From: an uncultured Candidatus Saccharibacteria bacterium
GTDB lineage: Bacteria; Patescibacteriota; Minisyncoccia; Phycocordibacterales; Phycocordibacteraceae
NCBI GenBank assembly: GCA_964607655.1
Contig: CAZSKX010000002.1
Span: forward strand, 1,325-65,324
DNA length: 64,000 nucleotides
Direction: 5' to 3'
Shown: positions 47,239 through 56,216 of the stretch, piece after piece
Numbering within the stretch: position 1 is the first letter of the stretch
Layout: every line of letters starts with the position of its first letter
Translations under genes and position numbers: made by a program
The notes under the pieces: model-generated
Seen by the model: the letters and a program-made list of their open reading frames with translations, nothing else
What the model was told of the DNA's origin: nothing
Databases searched by the model: none

Positions 47239-48392
47239 ATAAATTCCTGCTTATCGCTTGTGCGCTCTTCTTTCCTGCGGTGACCTTTGCTGCGCCTCCA
47301 GCCACCTTCTTGGCTTCTGAGGCGCCGCTCGCGACCACCTCAGCACCGGGCAATTCATACATCGGTGGCAGTTCGGTGGTGGTGACGGCGCCGACCATGG
47401 GCGACTTGGTCGTGGCTGGAGGGTCGGTCGTCTCGGCCGGCTCTGTCGCACAAGACGCTACGTTTGTTGGCGGTACCGTGAGCGTGCGCGCTCCTATTAG
47501 CGGCGATCTGCGTACCGCAGGAGGCAACATCACTATTGATGAGGCGGTAGCAGGGGACGTGATCATCGCCGGGTATCGTGTCGATAATAATGCGCGCGCA
47601 GGTGGGAGTGTCTTTATCGCAGGCGCTAATGTCTCGATGACCTCTGGCGCCGTGGGCCCGGTCATCGTATATGCGAACAATGTGTATCTCGATGGAGAAT
47701 TCTCTGGAGAGGTGAAGGTGGTGGCCGGTGGGGCGGTTACCTTGGGCAGCAGCGCGGTGATCAAGGGGAAGTTTAGTTATGAGTCTCCTGAGCCGGCGCG
47801 TGTCGCCGAGACTGCGGTGCTCAAGGGGCCGGTAGAGTACACCAGCGCCTCGTATCTCCCCGATGCGAGCGCCTCGCGCTCGCTCGCCGTAGTGAGCGTC
47901 GCGGTGTTCCTCCTGGTCCGTATCCTCGGGGCGCTTATTCTCGCCGGGCTTTTGGCCGGGCTCTTCCCGCGTCTCGCTGAGGCAGTCGTCTTACGTGCGA
48001 CGACGCGCCGCACTCGCAGTGTATTGCTTACAGCGCTCCTCGGCTTTGCTGCCATCGTGGCGACACCGATCCTCTTGGTGCTTCTCGCACTGACATTTGT
48101 GGGGATCGGGCTTGCCGTGCTTCTTACGATCGCGTATGCCTTACTCGTCTTCCTCGCGTTTATGTACGCCGGCATCCTGCTCGGCGCGCTCTTCGTACGC
48201 CGCTTCCTCGGCCGCGACACGATCCTCTGGCACGACGGAGTCTTGGGCATGCTCGCGCTCTCACTCGTGGCGCTGCTCCCGATCATAGGGTGGATTATCG
48301 TCCTCGGCCTTACTGCATTTTGTGCCGGAGTGTTACTCTCGCTCTTCTTCTCAGCTGCCTTCCCGGGCGATAGCGAAGAGGACGATCTCTAG
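47235..48392 (+). CDS. Secreted beta-helix-repeat domain fused to a C-terminal polytopic membrane domain (hypothetical)
   Basis: Signal peptide; about 200 aa of G-G-x-V-x-x-AG-type beta-solenoid repeats; then about 4 TM helices; ATGA-coupled to the VKOR gene. Confidence 0.5.
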   Translation: MNKFLLIACALFFPAVTFAAPPATFLASEAPLATTSAPGNSYIGGSSVVVTAPTMGDLVVAGGSVVSAGSVAQDATFVGGTVSVRAPISGDLRTAGGNITIDEAVAGDVIIAGYRVDNNARAGGSVFIAGANVSMTSGAVGPVIVYANNVYLDGEFSGEVKVVAGGAVTLGSSAVIKGKFSYESPEPARVAETAVLKGPVEYTSASYLPDASASRSLAVVSVAVFLLVRILGALILAGLLAGLFPRLAEAVVLRATTRRTRSVLLTALLGFAAIVATPILLVLLALTFVGIGLAVLLTIAYALLVFLAFMYAGILLGALFVRRFLGRDTILWHDGVLGMLALSLVALLPIIGWIIVLGLTAFCAGVLLSLFFSAAFPGDSEEDDL

Positions 48393-48394
48393 CC

Positions 48395-48868
48395 ATGAAG
48401 CTGCCTACGGTCGGAGAGGTTGCCCCCGCCTTCTCGCTCCCTGACCAGGACGGTAAGACGCATGCGCTCAAGGACTATAAGGGCTCCTGGCTCCTGCTCT
48501 ACTTTTATCCGAAGGATGATACGCCCGGCTGTACGATCGAGGCGTGTACGATTCGTGACCAGTTGAAAGACTTTACAAAGATCGGCGCAAAGGTGATCGG
48601 CATCTCGACTGATTCGGTGAGGAGCCACAAGAAGTTTGCTGACGCGTACGAGCTGCCTTTTACCCTGCTCGCCGACGAGCACAAGGAGATGGTGGGGGAG
48701 TATGGCGTCTTCGGCGAGAAGAAGTTTATGGGTCGCACGTATATGGGCACGAAGCGCACGAGCTTTTTAGTAGAGCCCAAGGGGAAGATCGCGAAGGTGT
48801 ATGAGAAGGTGAAGCCGCTTACGCATGCGGCAGAGGTGATCGCTGACCTAAAGGTTTTGAGTAAATGA
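48395..48868 (+). CDS. bcp: Thioredoxin-dependent peroxiredoxin, Bcp/PrxQ type
   Basis: PKDDTPGCTIEAC active-site block. Confidence 0.85.
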   Translation: MKLPTVGEVAPAFSLPDQDGKTHALKDYKGSWLLLYFYPKDDTPGCTIEACTIRDQLKDFTKIGAKVIGISTDSVRSHKKFADAYELPFTLLADEHKEMVGEYGVFGEKKFMGRTYMGTKRTSFLVEPKGKIAKVYEKVKPLTHAAEVIADLKVLSK

Positions 48869-49527
48869 AAGAGCTCGAAGAGCGCAAGGCTCGCGCGAAA
48901 AAAATCGTTTCGTATTTGAAGAAGGCATACCCAGCACCCAAAACAGAGCTCGCGTATAAGTATCCGTACCAGCTCGTGGCGAGCGTGATGCTCTCGGCGC
49001 AGTGCACCGACAAGGCAGTCAATAAGGTCACCGCGACACTCTTTAAAAAATACAAAACGCCGAAAGACTTTGCCGCTGCAGACCCAAAAACATTCACGAA
49101 AGAAATTTCGTCCATCCCATTTTTTAATAACAAAGCCAAGGCGATTATTGGCGCAGCAAAGGTAATTATCGAGAAGCACAAGGGCAAAGTGCCACGAACA
49201 GAAGCGGAGTTAGTGGCGCTCCCCGGTATTGGCTATAAGACCGCGCACGTGATCCTCGGTGAGCTCTACGATATCTGGGAAGGGATCCCCACCGACACGC
49301 ACGTGAAGCGCTTCGCCAAGCGCCTCGACCTTACCGGCCAAGAAGACCTCAAGAAGATTTCTAAAGACTTAGAAGAGCTCGTGCCTAAGAAAGATTGGAA
49401 GTACGTCAACAACGGTCTCGTGCTCTACGGTCGCTATGTCTGCCCGGCCCGCCCCCACGACTGCACGGGACACCCCCTCACCAAGATCTATCCCAAGGCC
49501 GCAAACATTTGGCCCAAAGCGAAATAA
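48865..49527 (+). CDS. nth: Endonuclease III (HhH-GPD DNA glycosylase)
   Basis: HhH motif LVALPGIGYKTAHVIL with catalytic K; GPD loop. Confidence 0.85.
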   Translation: MKELEERKARAKKIVSYLKKAYPAPKTELAYKYPYQLVASVMLSAQCTDKAVNKVTATLFKKYKTPKDFAAADPKTFTKEISSIPFFNNKAKAIIGAAKVIIEKHKGKVPRTEAELVALPGIGYKTAHVILGELYDIWEGIPTDTHVKRFAKRLDLTGQEDLKKISKDLEELVPKKDWKYVNNGLVLYGRYVCPARPHDCTGHPLTKIYPKAANIWPKAK

Positions 49528-49541
49528 GGTACCATGGGGGT

Positions 49542-50237
49542 ATGGAATCCACTCCGCGTAAAGTCGCAGTTTTTGATATCGACGGGACGATCTTCCGGTC
49601 GTCGCTCCTGATCGAGCTTGTCGAGCGTCTCATCCAGAAGGGCCAGTTTCCAGAGAGTGCTCGTGCGGCGTATGAGAAGGAGGAAACCGAATGGCTCGAT
49701 CGCAAGGGCGACTACGAAGCATATATCATGCGTGTGGTGCAGGTATTCGCCGAGCAGGCGAAAGGGCTCTCGTATGAGGAGGCGCAGTATATCGCCGGAG
49801 AGATCGTCGAAGAGAAGAAAAACCGGGTCTATCGCTATACCCGCGACCTGATCAAGGAGCTCAAGAGCCAGGGCTACTACCTACTCGCGATCTCGCACTC
49901 GCCGAAGCTTATCGTCGACGCCTTTGGCTACGAGATGGGCTTCGATAAGGTCTACGGCACGATCTATGAGATTGGCCCGAACGAATGCTTCACGGGCACC
50001 ATCGAAGACAAGGAGCTCATTTTTAATAAAAACGTAGTGCTTCAGCGCGCGATACGCAAAGAGAATCTCACGCTCGAGGGGTCGGTAGCGGTGGGCGACA
50101 CCGAGAGTGATGTCGCGATGCTCGAGATGGTGGAGCGACCCATCGCCTTTAACCCGAACGCCAAGCTCTATAAGCATGCCAAAGTGCGGCAGTGGGAGAT
50201 CGTCGTGGAGCGTAAGGATGTCATCTACAATATTTAA
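49542..50237 (+). CDS. HAD-superfamily hydrolase (HAD-IB / phosphoserine-phosphatase-like)
   Basis: Motif I VAVFDIDGTIF; motif IV GDTESD; the track ORF from 49395 overlaps nth and is an upstream extension. Confidence 0.7.
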   Translation: MESTPRKVAVFDIDGTIFRSSLLIELVERLIQKGQFPESARAAYEKEETEWLDRKGDYEAYIMRVVQVFAEQAKGLSYEEAQYIAGEIVEEKKNRVYRYTRDLIKELKSQGYYLLAISHSPKLIVDAFGYEMGFDKVYGTIYEIGPNECFTGTIEDKELIFNKNVVLQRAIRKENLTLEGSVAVGDTESDVAMLEMVERPIAFNPNAKLYKHAKVRQWEIVVERKDVIYNI

Positions 50238-50242
50238 ATACT

Positions 50243-51634
50243 ATGCTCGCCGTACCTAAGAGCTTGGCTTCCGCACTTGTCGTCACCCTCGTGATCGGTG
50301 GCTACGTTTTGTATGGCACTTCTCATCAATGGTTAGCCGCTTCGACCTCCGGCACGACCTCGACTACCCCGCAGGCCTACGTTATACCAAACGCCCCTTC
50401 TGGATGGAAGATATATCACAATGCGAAATATGGCTTTGCGTTCGCGTACCCGCCCGAGGTGGAGCTGACCGAAACGCCTTCGACCTTTCGAAATGGGGAC
50501 GTGACCGGGGTGGGGAGTGAACAGTTTGGTTTTTTCATTAATGTGGTCGAGAAGAAAGGTTTATCAATAGGGGGACGGAACAGCGAAGGAACTTTTTATG
50601 ATCATGTGCTTGGTCGCTGGTTTAGCAGTACATATGCTCCCAGCGGTTTAGCGGCCGTTCGCTGTGACACTGAACCATTTGGCGCTCAACAGCTCTCGGC
50701 TATGATGGACGGCGGAGGTGACGCGGGCTATTCATCATCGGTAGCGGCGATTCTGACCAATCGAGACCATGCGATCTTGATATACACTTTTTCCGATTCG
50801 TATGGCGATGAGCAGGCTCAGCAGAGTACCCACCCAGAAGCCATAGTTGATACCTTCATGCTCACCAATGGAGTGGAGGCGCGCACGACCGAGTGCGGGC
50901 TCCCCAGTATCCCGGTGATCCCTGCTGTTGTCGCGCCAACATCGGCGACAGTCATCCGTTATCCGGTGCCGCTCTCGGTAAACTTTGCCGCGCCCTTGCC
51001 CCCTGGCGTAGGCGCGCTGGTTTCGATAAAGAGGGGTGATAATGAACGACACATCGGCAGGATCACTTCGGGGTCTTCCGGGGTCATACCCTTTACCAAC
51101 TCGTATAACCTATCGGTAGAAGCGGTGGATAGTCTCAAGCAAAATGGGCCTGTAGACGTTATCTTGCGATTCTATAAGACGATAAGCTTACAGCCTCCAC
51201 CGCAGGAAGGAGGGACAGAGAAAGATATATATCTTGGGGAGGCGCATGACAAAACCATTAGTACAACACTACTCAATACGGCTCCTTACAGCTTCTCGGC
51301 GGTTATCCTCCCTGACGCGCAGAACCGCTGGTATGTGGCCCCGGACGGCGCGATTGTGTTAGTTAATACCGACACTACAAGCATCAAGAATGGAATATTC
51401 TTTCAGGATATGGTGCGCTTGACCGCAACGAACATGTATCAATGTTATGTGAAGTCGCCATGGGGCACTACTACATCTGATCAGTATGCGCCCGAAAAAG
51501 AGCGTACGTTTGGTGTACTACTTCGAAATATAAGTAATACACTGCCAGTACACTCAGATTTCACCCAAGAGTTTGGTTGCTACGCACCAGACGGTACGCA
51601 CCTCAGTGAGACCTTTACTTACCGGGTGCCTTAA
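50243..51634 (+). CDS. Secreted hypothetical protein (463 aa)
   Basis: N-terminal signal anchor; no motif recognised. Confidence 0.45.
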   Translation: MLAVPKSLASALVVTLVIGGYVLYGTSHQWLAASTSGTTSTTPQAYVIPNAPSGWKIYHNAKYGFAFAYPPEVELTETPSTFRNGDVTGVGSEQFGFFINVVEKKGLSIGGRNSEGTFYDHVLGRWFSSTYAPSGLAAVRCDTEPFGAQQLSAMMDGGGDAGYSSSVAAILTNRDHAILIYTFSDSYGDEQAQQSTHPEAIVDTFMLTNGVEARTTECGLPSIPVIPAVVAPTSATVIRYPVPLSVNFAAPLPPGVGALVSIKRGDNERHIGRITSGSSGVIPFTNSYNLSVEAVDSLKQNGPVDVILRFYKTISLQPPPQEGGTEKDIYLGEAHDKTISTTLLNTAPYSFSAVILPDAQNRWYVAPDGAIVLVNTDTTSIKNGIFFQDMVRLTATNMYQCYVKSPWGTTTSDQYAPEKERTFGVLLRNISNTLPVHSDFTQEFGCYAPDGTHLSETFTYRVP

Positions 51635-51638
51635 ACAC

Positions 51639-52463
51639 GTGAACCCCGTGGGATTTAGAAAGGCAGTTTGGGCGCATTATAAGAAGCACGGGCGGCATGA
51701 CTTGCCGTGGAGGAAGACCAACGACCCGTACAAGATTCTGGTCTCTGAGGTGATGCTTCAGCAGACGCAGGTCGAGCGCGTGATCCCTTTTTATAAAAAC
51801 CTCTTAAAGCAGTTCCCAACGGTGGAGAAGCTCGCGGCTGCACCGCTCGCCGACGTGCTAAAGGCGTGGCAAGGGCTTGGCTACAATCGCCGGGCAAAGA
51901 TGCTCCACCACGCCGCGAAAGCAGTAGTCGAAGAGCATAAGGGTAAGTTTCCAATAACAATACGAGAGCTCGTTGCACTGCCGGGCATCGGCCCGTACAC
52001 GGCTGGAGCGGTAGTGGCTTTTGCATACAGTCAGGACGCGGTGTTTATTGAGACCAATATCCGCACAGCGGTAACGCACCACTTCTTCCCGAAGAAGAAA
52101 GAAGTAACCGACAAAGAGATTATAAAAATCCTGGAACGGGTGCACCCCAAAGGGAAGGGCAGAGAGTGGTACAGCACGCTCATGGACTATGGCGCGCACC
52201 TTAAGAAGTCAGGAGTGAAGATAAACAATAAGAGTAAGCACTACACCAAACAGAGCGCATTTAAGGGCTCCTTGCGCGAAGCCCGTGGTGCGATCCTTCG
52301 CGCGCTTGCTGCTGGTCCGGCGTCTCGAGGGAAGATTGGCCGCCTCTTTGGCCCGCAGCGCGAGTCTCAATTGGGGGAGGCGCTTGTGGCCCTCGTGCAG
52401 GAGGGTCTTGTGGCGCGGAGTGGGCGGGGGTATAGGCTCGCGGGAGATCATAGACATACATAA
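51639..52463 (+). CDS. HhH-GPD base-excision glycosylase, MutY/A-G-specific adenine glycosylase-like (short form)
   Basis: DLPWRKTNDPYKILVSEVMLQQTQV, HhH LVALPGIGPYTAGAVVAFA; GTG start right after the preceding stop; no obvious C-terminal FeS or NUDIX-like domain. Confidence 0.65.
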   Translation: MNPVGFRKAVWAHYKKHGRHDLPWRKTNDPYKILVSEVMLQQTQVERVIPFYKNLLKQFPTVEKLAAAPLADVLKAWQGLGYNRRAKMLHHAAKAVVEEHKGKFPITIRELVALPGIGPYTAGAVVAFAYSQDAVFIETNIRTAVTHHFFPKKKEVTDKEIIKILERVHPKGKGREWYSTLMDYGAHLKKSGVKINNKSKHYTKQSAFKGSLREARGAILRALAAGPASRGKIGRLFGPQRESQLGEALVALVQEGLVARSGRGYRLAGDHRHT

Positions 52464-52522
52464 AGAGTATGGTATATTGTTTTTAGGACGTTCCCATAAC
52501 GACAGTGAAGGAGGATTGCCCT

Positions 52523-52813
52523 GTGACGACATGGCTCACCAGATTATTCAAGTCGCGTGAAGCGCGCCTTGCAGACGACCTCGCTTTCGCTCTGAAGCAG
52601 ATTGAGGAGATCGAGGCAGAAAATGTGGAGCTGCGCAAACACTTGAAAAGCGCAGCGCTCAGTGCGGTCGACTCAGGGTCGACCTTTCATCGGGCGCGTG
52701 TCGCGCAGAGGAGGAGTGAGATTCGGCACAACTGTAACCTCCTTGCTCGTTACCGCAGCCAGGTGCGCGAGCTCCGGGCGCAGGGAGTGGTTCCTGCCAA
52801 AGAGGTCGCATGA
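52523..52813 (+). CDS. Small coiled-coil protein (about 96 aa), hypothetical
   Basis: RBS GAAGGAGGA 8 nt before the GTG; helical heptad-like sequence; followed by a strong terminator. Confidence 0.35.
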   Translation: MTTWLTRLFKSREARLADDLAFALKQIEEIEAENVELRKHLKSAALSAVDSGSTFHRARVAQRRSEIRHNCNLLARYRSQVRELRAQGVVPAKEVA

Positions 52814-52829
52814 GTCAGCCCCGAACGAA

Positions 52830-52862
52830 AAGCCCCGAACGGCGATTCGTTCGGGGCTTTTC
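52830..52862 (+). terminator. Rho-independent terminator (contains a tandem ccccgaacg repeat)
   Basis: aagccccgaacggcgattcgttcggggctttt followed by cac. Confidence 0.65.
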
Positions 52863-52882
52863 ACTTTTATACTTGAGTCACC

Positions 52883-52930
52883 ACATCCCAATCAAAACCG
52901 GGATCACCATGGGCGCTATGTTAGCGCAGG
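52883..52930 (+). repeat. Intergenic degenerate copy of the rnj 3' end (direct repeat partner of 54235-54282)
   Basis: 28/28 identity over acatcccaatcaaaaccgggatcaccat, then ggcgc, then about 9/14 further matches; on the minus strand it would encode MVIPVLIGMW*, a remnant of the RNase J C-terminus. Confidence 0.6.
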
Positions 52931-52996
52931 GACAGTGTCCCCACGACCGAACCTCCGCGCCACTCCTTCGTGGTACAGTCAAGGCATTAACACTCC

Positions 52997-54172
52997 TTGA
53001 ATATGAAAAAATATATCCCCTTATTTGTTCTCATCTCTTTGTTTGGTGGTGCTCTGTCAACACATGCGGCGACCATTGCCTCGTTTACGGCGTCGGATCC
53101 CGCAGTAGGGACTCAAGCCGTGGATCTTGCCTGGCGCACTTCAGAGGCAGCGAGTGTCTCGATCGACGTTATCTGTCCCTCGAATACCTACGGACTTAGT
53201 TTCTACATCAAAGAAGGGGGGTCGCGCCCAAGCTGTGATAAAGGCGGCGTTGCGTCATTTACCAACCAGACTAACAATGTAGTTACCATTCAGCCACAAA
53301 ATAATACGAGAAGCGTCACTGTCGACTTTGTTCTAACGGTGCTTAACGGCAACGGCAATCCTACAGGAGAAACCGAGACCGTAACGGTGACATTTGCGGC
53401 CTCGAAAACGACCATCCTTTCGTTTACAGCGACAACGCCAAATACCGTAGGTGGCGCTTCACAGCTCTCATGGTACACATCGGCGCCTACCGATGCGTCA
53501 ATAGACTTCGTGTGCGCGACAGGGTCTATTCAATTCTATTCGAAGGAGTCTGGTCGAACGTTCGGATGCGAAAAGGGTGGACTGGTATCCTATCAGAATC
53601 AGAGTCACAACGTGGTAGGGGTTATACCAGTTGGTAACACAAAACCAATATCGGTGCCGTTCACTTTAAAGTTGTTTAAGGACGGATATTCTACAGGAGA
53701 AAGCAAGACGGTGACAGTGACGTTCCCGGCACAGGCACAAAAACCGTTGGTTTCAGGTGCGTTGAGTTGTGAGGACGGAGCGGTTTATAGCCCCGAGAAC
53801 GGTAAACTTTGTGCAGCTGCGGCGCCTATAGTGCGGCCGGCGGTCTGCAAAGCAGGGGAGATGTATAGTTCGGAGAATGGTAAACCTTGTTTCGCTACGA
53901 CAGCAGCGCCCGCAGATATTGATCCTGAGCCAGGTGCCTCGGCGTGCCTGAATCTTGCGCAAGATTTGCGCTATCGGTCGATGGGCACTGCAGTCTCGGG
54001 GTTGCAAGATTACTTGCAAGCAAGTGGGCACCTTAACTCCGAGCCGACCGGATACTTCGGATTGCTTACGCTTCAGGCGGTGAAAAATTTTCAGTCTAGC
54101 CAAAGTATCAGTCCAACAGGATTCGTTGGTCCGCTTACGCGCGCTAAGATCAGAGCGCTAACTTGTAACTAG
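52997..54172 (+). CDS. Secreted repeat protein with a C-terminal peptidoglycan-binding (PG_binding_1-like) domain
   Basis: Signal peptide; two tandem repeats of about 130 aa (TIASFTASDP.../TILSFTATTP...); two Cys-bracketed mini-repeats (C..G.(V/M)YS.ENGK.C); C-terminal LQDYLQASGHL...GYFGLLTLQAVKNFQSSQSISPTGFVGPLT. Confidence 0.6.
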   Translation: MNMKKYIPLFVLISLFGGALSTHAATIASFTASDPAVGTQAVDLAWRTSEAASVSIDVICPSNTYGLSFYIKEGGSRPSCDKGGVASFTNQTNNVVTIQPQNNTRSVTVDFVLTVLNGNGNPTGETETVTVTFAASKTTILSFTATTPNTVGGASQLSWYTSAPTDASIDFVCATGSIQFYSKESGRTFGCEKGGLVSYQNQSHNVVGVIPVGNTKPISVPFTLKLFKDGYSTGESKTVTVTFPAQAQKPLVSGALSCEDGAVYSPENGKLCAAAAPIVRPAVCKAGEMYSSENGKPCFATTAAPADIDPEPGASACLNLAQDLRYRSMGTAVSGLQDYLQASGHLNSEPTGYFGLLTLQAVKNFQSSQSISPTGFVGPLTRAKIRALTCN

Positions 54173-54186
54173 GGAAACAATACAAA

Positions 54187-54225
54187 ACACCCCGCGCCAG
54201 AGGCGCGGGGTGTTTTGTATTTTGT
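54187..54225. terminator. Bidirectional terminator between the cargo gene and rnj
   Basis: caccccgcgccagaggcgcggggtg followed by ttttgtattttgtttt. Confidence 0.6.
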
Positions 54226-54232
54226 TTTCGGG

Positions 54233-56158
54233 TTACATCCCAATCAAAACCGGGATCACCATCGGCGCCTTGTTGGTGCGAGTGAAGAGGAATCCGGCGA
54301 TCACGTCGGTCAGGTTGTTCTTCACGTAGTCGAGGTCGACCGGGTTCATGCCGTTGGTCGAGTCCTCGATCGTTTTCTTGATCAGGAGGCGAGCCTGGTT
54401 TAAGAGATCTTGACTCTCGCGCAGGTAGATAAAGCCGCGGCTGATGATGTCGGGGCTTTTACGGAGCTTGCCGGTTTTCAGGTTCACGCTCGCGATGATG
54501 ACGAACATGCCGTCCTTCGCGAGCGACTGGCGGTCGCGGATCACCACTTCCTGCATGTCGCCGATCTTGAAGCCGTCCACGACGAGCGGGCTCGAAGGCA
54601 CTTTCTCCTTGTGAATCATCATCGTCTCCCCGTCGATGATATCGATCACCGTACCGTTGTCGGCGAGGGCGATGTTCTCTCTGGGGAAGCCTGAAGCCTC
54701 GACGGCGCGCGCGTGACAGGTGGTCATCGAGCGGTAGCCGTAGGCAGGCATGAAGAATTTTGCATTGACCTGCTTGTTCATCCAAACGAGTTCGCCGGTG
54801 TTGCCGTGACCGGTTGAGTGCACGTCGCTTGTACGGTAGTGGATGATCGAGAGGTTGGCGCGGTAAAGATTGTCCTTCAGACGCTGCACCGCGATCTCAT
54901 TACCTGGGATGACCGAGGAAGAGAGCACTACCGTGTCGCGCTCGTGGAAGCGGATCGACTTGTGCTGCTTGGTCGCGATGCGCATCAAAGCGCCAAACTC
55001 CTCACCTTGGGCTCCGGTCGCGATAATCACGATCTTGTCAGGAGGGTAGTTTTCAATCTCAGTGGCGGGGATGAGAGTCTCCTTCATCTCGTGCAAGATG
55101 CCGAGCTTTTGTGCGATCTCGAGGTTGTTGCGGATCGAGCGGCCTTCAGTCACCACCTTTTTGCCATACTTCTCAGCCGCCTTGATAAGACGCACCATGC
55201 GCTCGAATTGTGACGAGAAGGTGCCGATAATAAGGCGCCCGTGCACGCTCTTTACGATCTCCTCGAGCGTTTCGTGTACGCGTGACTCAGGTACGGAGAA
55301 ACCGTCTTTCTCGGCGTTCGTCGAGTCGGCGATAAAGAAGATGTTCTTGTCTTTGCCGAGCGCACCCCAGGTCTTCTGCTCGCGCTCAGAGGGGATACTG
55401 TCTTCGTGCTCGAGCTTAAGATCGCCGGTGATGACGACGTTGCCGTGTGGAGTCTCGATCGAGACGCCCATCGAGTCGGGGATCGAGTGGGTGACGGGGA
55501 AGAACTTTACCTTCGTCGAGCCGATCCTGATCGACTGGCCGGTTTCCACTTCAATAATCTCAGGCTTTGGGACATCAGGATATTCTTCCTGACGCTTCTT
55601 GATCATCGTTGCAGTGAGGATCTGGGTATAGATCGGTGGGGTGCCGAAGCGGGGAAGGATAAAGGGGATCCCACCGATGTGGTCGAGGTGACCGTGGGTG
55701 ATGATGACACCTTTCACGCGCTCAGCATTTTTCTCGAGGAACTTCGTGTTCGGGAGGATGTAGTCCACGCCGGGAGCTCCTTCTTCAGAGACGAACTGGA
55801 AGCCCGCGTCAAAGACGAGGATGTCGCCGGTCGCACCCACTTCCACTGCGGTCATGTTGCGACCCACTTCTTCTACGCCACCGAGGGGGATGATGCGTAC
55901 GACGTTTGCTGCTGCTGGCTCAGGATAGTAGTCGGCAGCTTGTGCTTCACGTTTGGGCATTGAGTTTGGCCTGCGGAGCATGCGCTGGATCTGACGACTC
56001 GCTCCGCCGGGGCGGCCGGTGCGGGCACGTCCGCCGCGATCGAAGCCGGGGCGACCCCCTGGGGAACGGCGAGGCGGGCGCGAGCCTGGGCGTGCGGGGC
56101 TCGACCTCTCTGGGGGAGCGCGCATCGGACTCGGTGCTGGTGCTGGTGCTTGGTTCAT
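54233..56158 (-). CDS. rnj: Ribonuclease J (beta-CASP MBL nuclease) with an Arg/Pro/Gly-rich disordered N-terminal extension
   Basis: 641 aa; HGHLDHIG; beta-CASP and C-terminal domain; the first 80 aa or so (PAPAPSPMRAPPERSSPARPGSRPPRRSPGGRPGFDRGGRARTGRPGG) are low complexity. Confidence 0.85.
   Translation of the reverse strand: MNQAPAPAPSPMRAPPERSSPARPGSRPPRRSPGGRPGFDRGGRARTGRPGGASRQIQRMLRRPNSMPKREAQAADYYPEPAAANVVRIIPLGGVEEVGRNMTAVEVGATGDILVFDAGFQFVSEEGAPGVDYILPNTKFLEKNAERVKGVIITHGHLDHIGGIPFILPRFGTPPIYTQILTATMIKKRQEEYPDVPKPEIIEVETGQSIRIGSTKVKFFPVTHSIPDSMGVSIETPHGNVVITGDLKLEHEDSIPSEREQKTWGALGKDKNIFFIADSTNAEKDGFSVPESRVHETLEEIVKSVHGRLIIGTFSSQFERMVRLIKAAEKYGKKVVTEGRSIRNNLEIAQKLGILHEMKETLIPATEIENYPPDKIVIIATGAQGEEFGALMRIATKQHKSIRFHERDTVVLSSSVIPGNEIAVQRLKDNLYRANLSIIHYRTSDVHSTGHGNTGELVWMNKQVNAKFFMPAYGYRSMTTCHARAVEASGFPRENIALADNGTVIDIIDGETMMIHKEKVPSSPLVVDGFKIGDMQEVVIRDRQSLAKDGMFVIIASVNLKTGKLRKSPDIISRGFIYLRESQDLLNQARLLIKKTIEDSTNGMNPVDLDYVKNNLTDVIAGFLFTRTNKAPMVIPVLIGM
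54235..54282 (+). repeat. rnj 3'-terminal coding segment, direct-repeat partner of 52883-52930
   Basis: Encodes the RNase J C-terminus (...MVIPVLIGM*) on the minus strand; matches the intergenic copy about 1.35 kb upstream. Confidence 0.6.
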
Positions 56159-56216
56159 AGTGTTATTGGTTAGTTTAATTTAATAAATTACTTATTTCTG
56201 TTAATAAGTACGAAAA

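Noticed and set aside
52810-53199. 129-aa + strand ORF spanning the 52.9-kb repeat and the start of the secreted-protein gene
   Set aside because: It overlaps the well-supported 52997-54172 gene in another frame. The repeat-derived portion corresponds to rnj-end and ndk-start fragments, not a new coding sequence.
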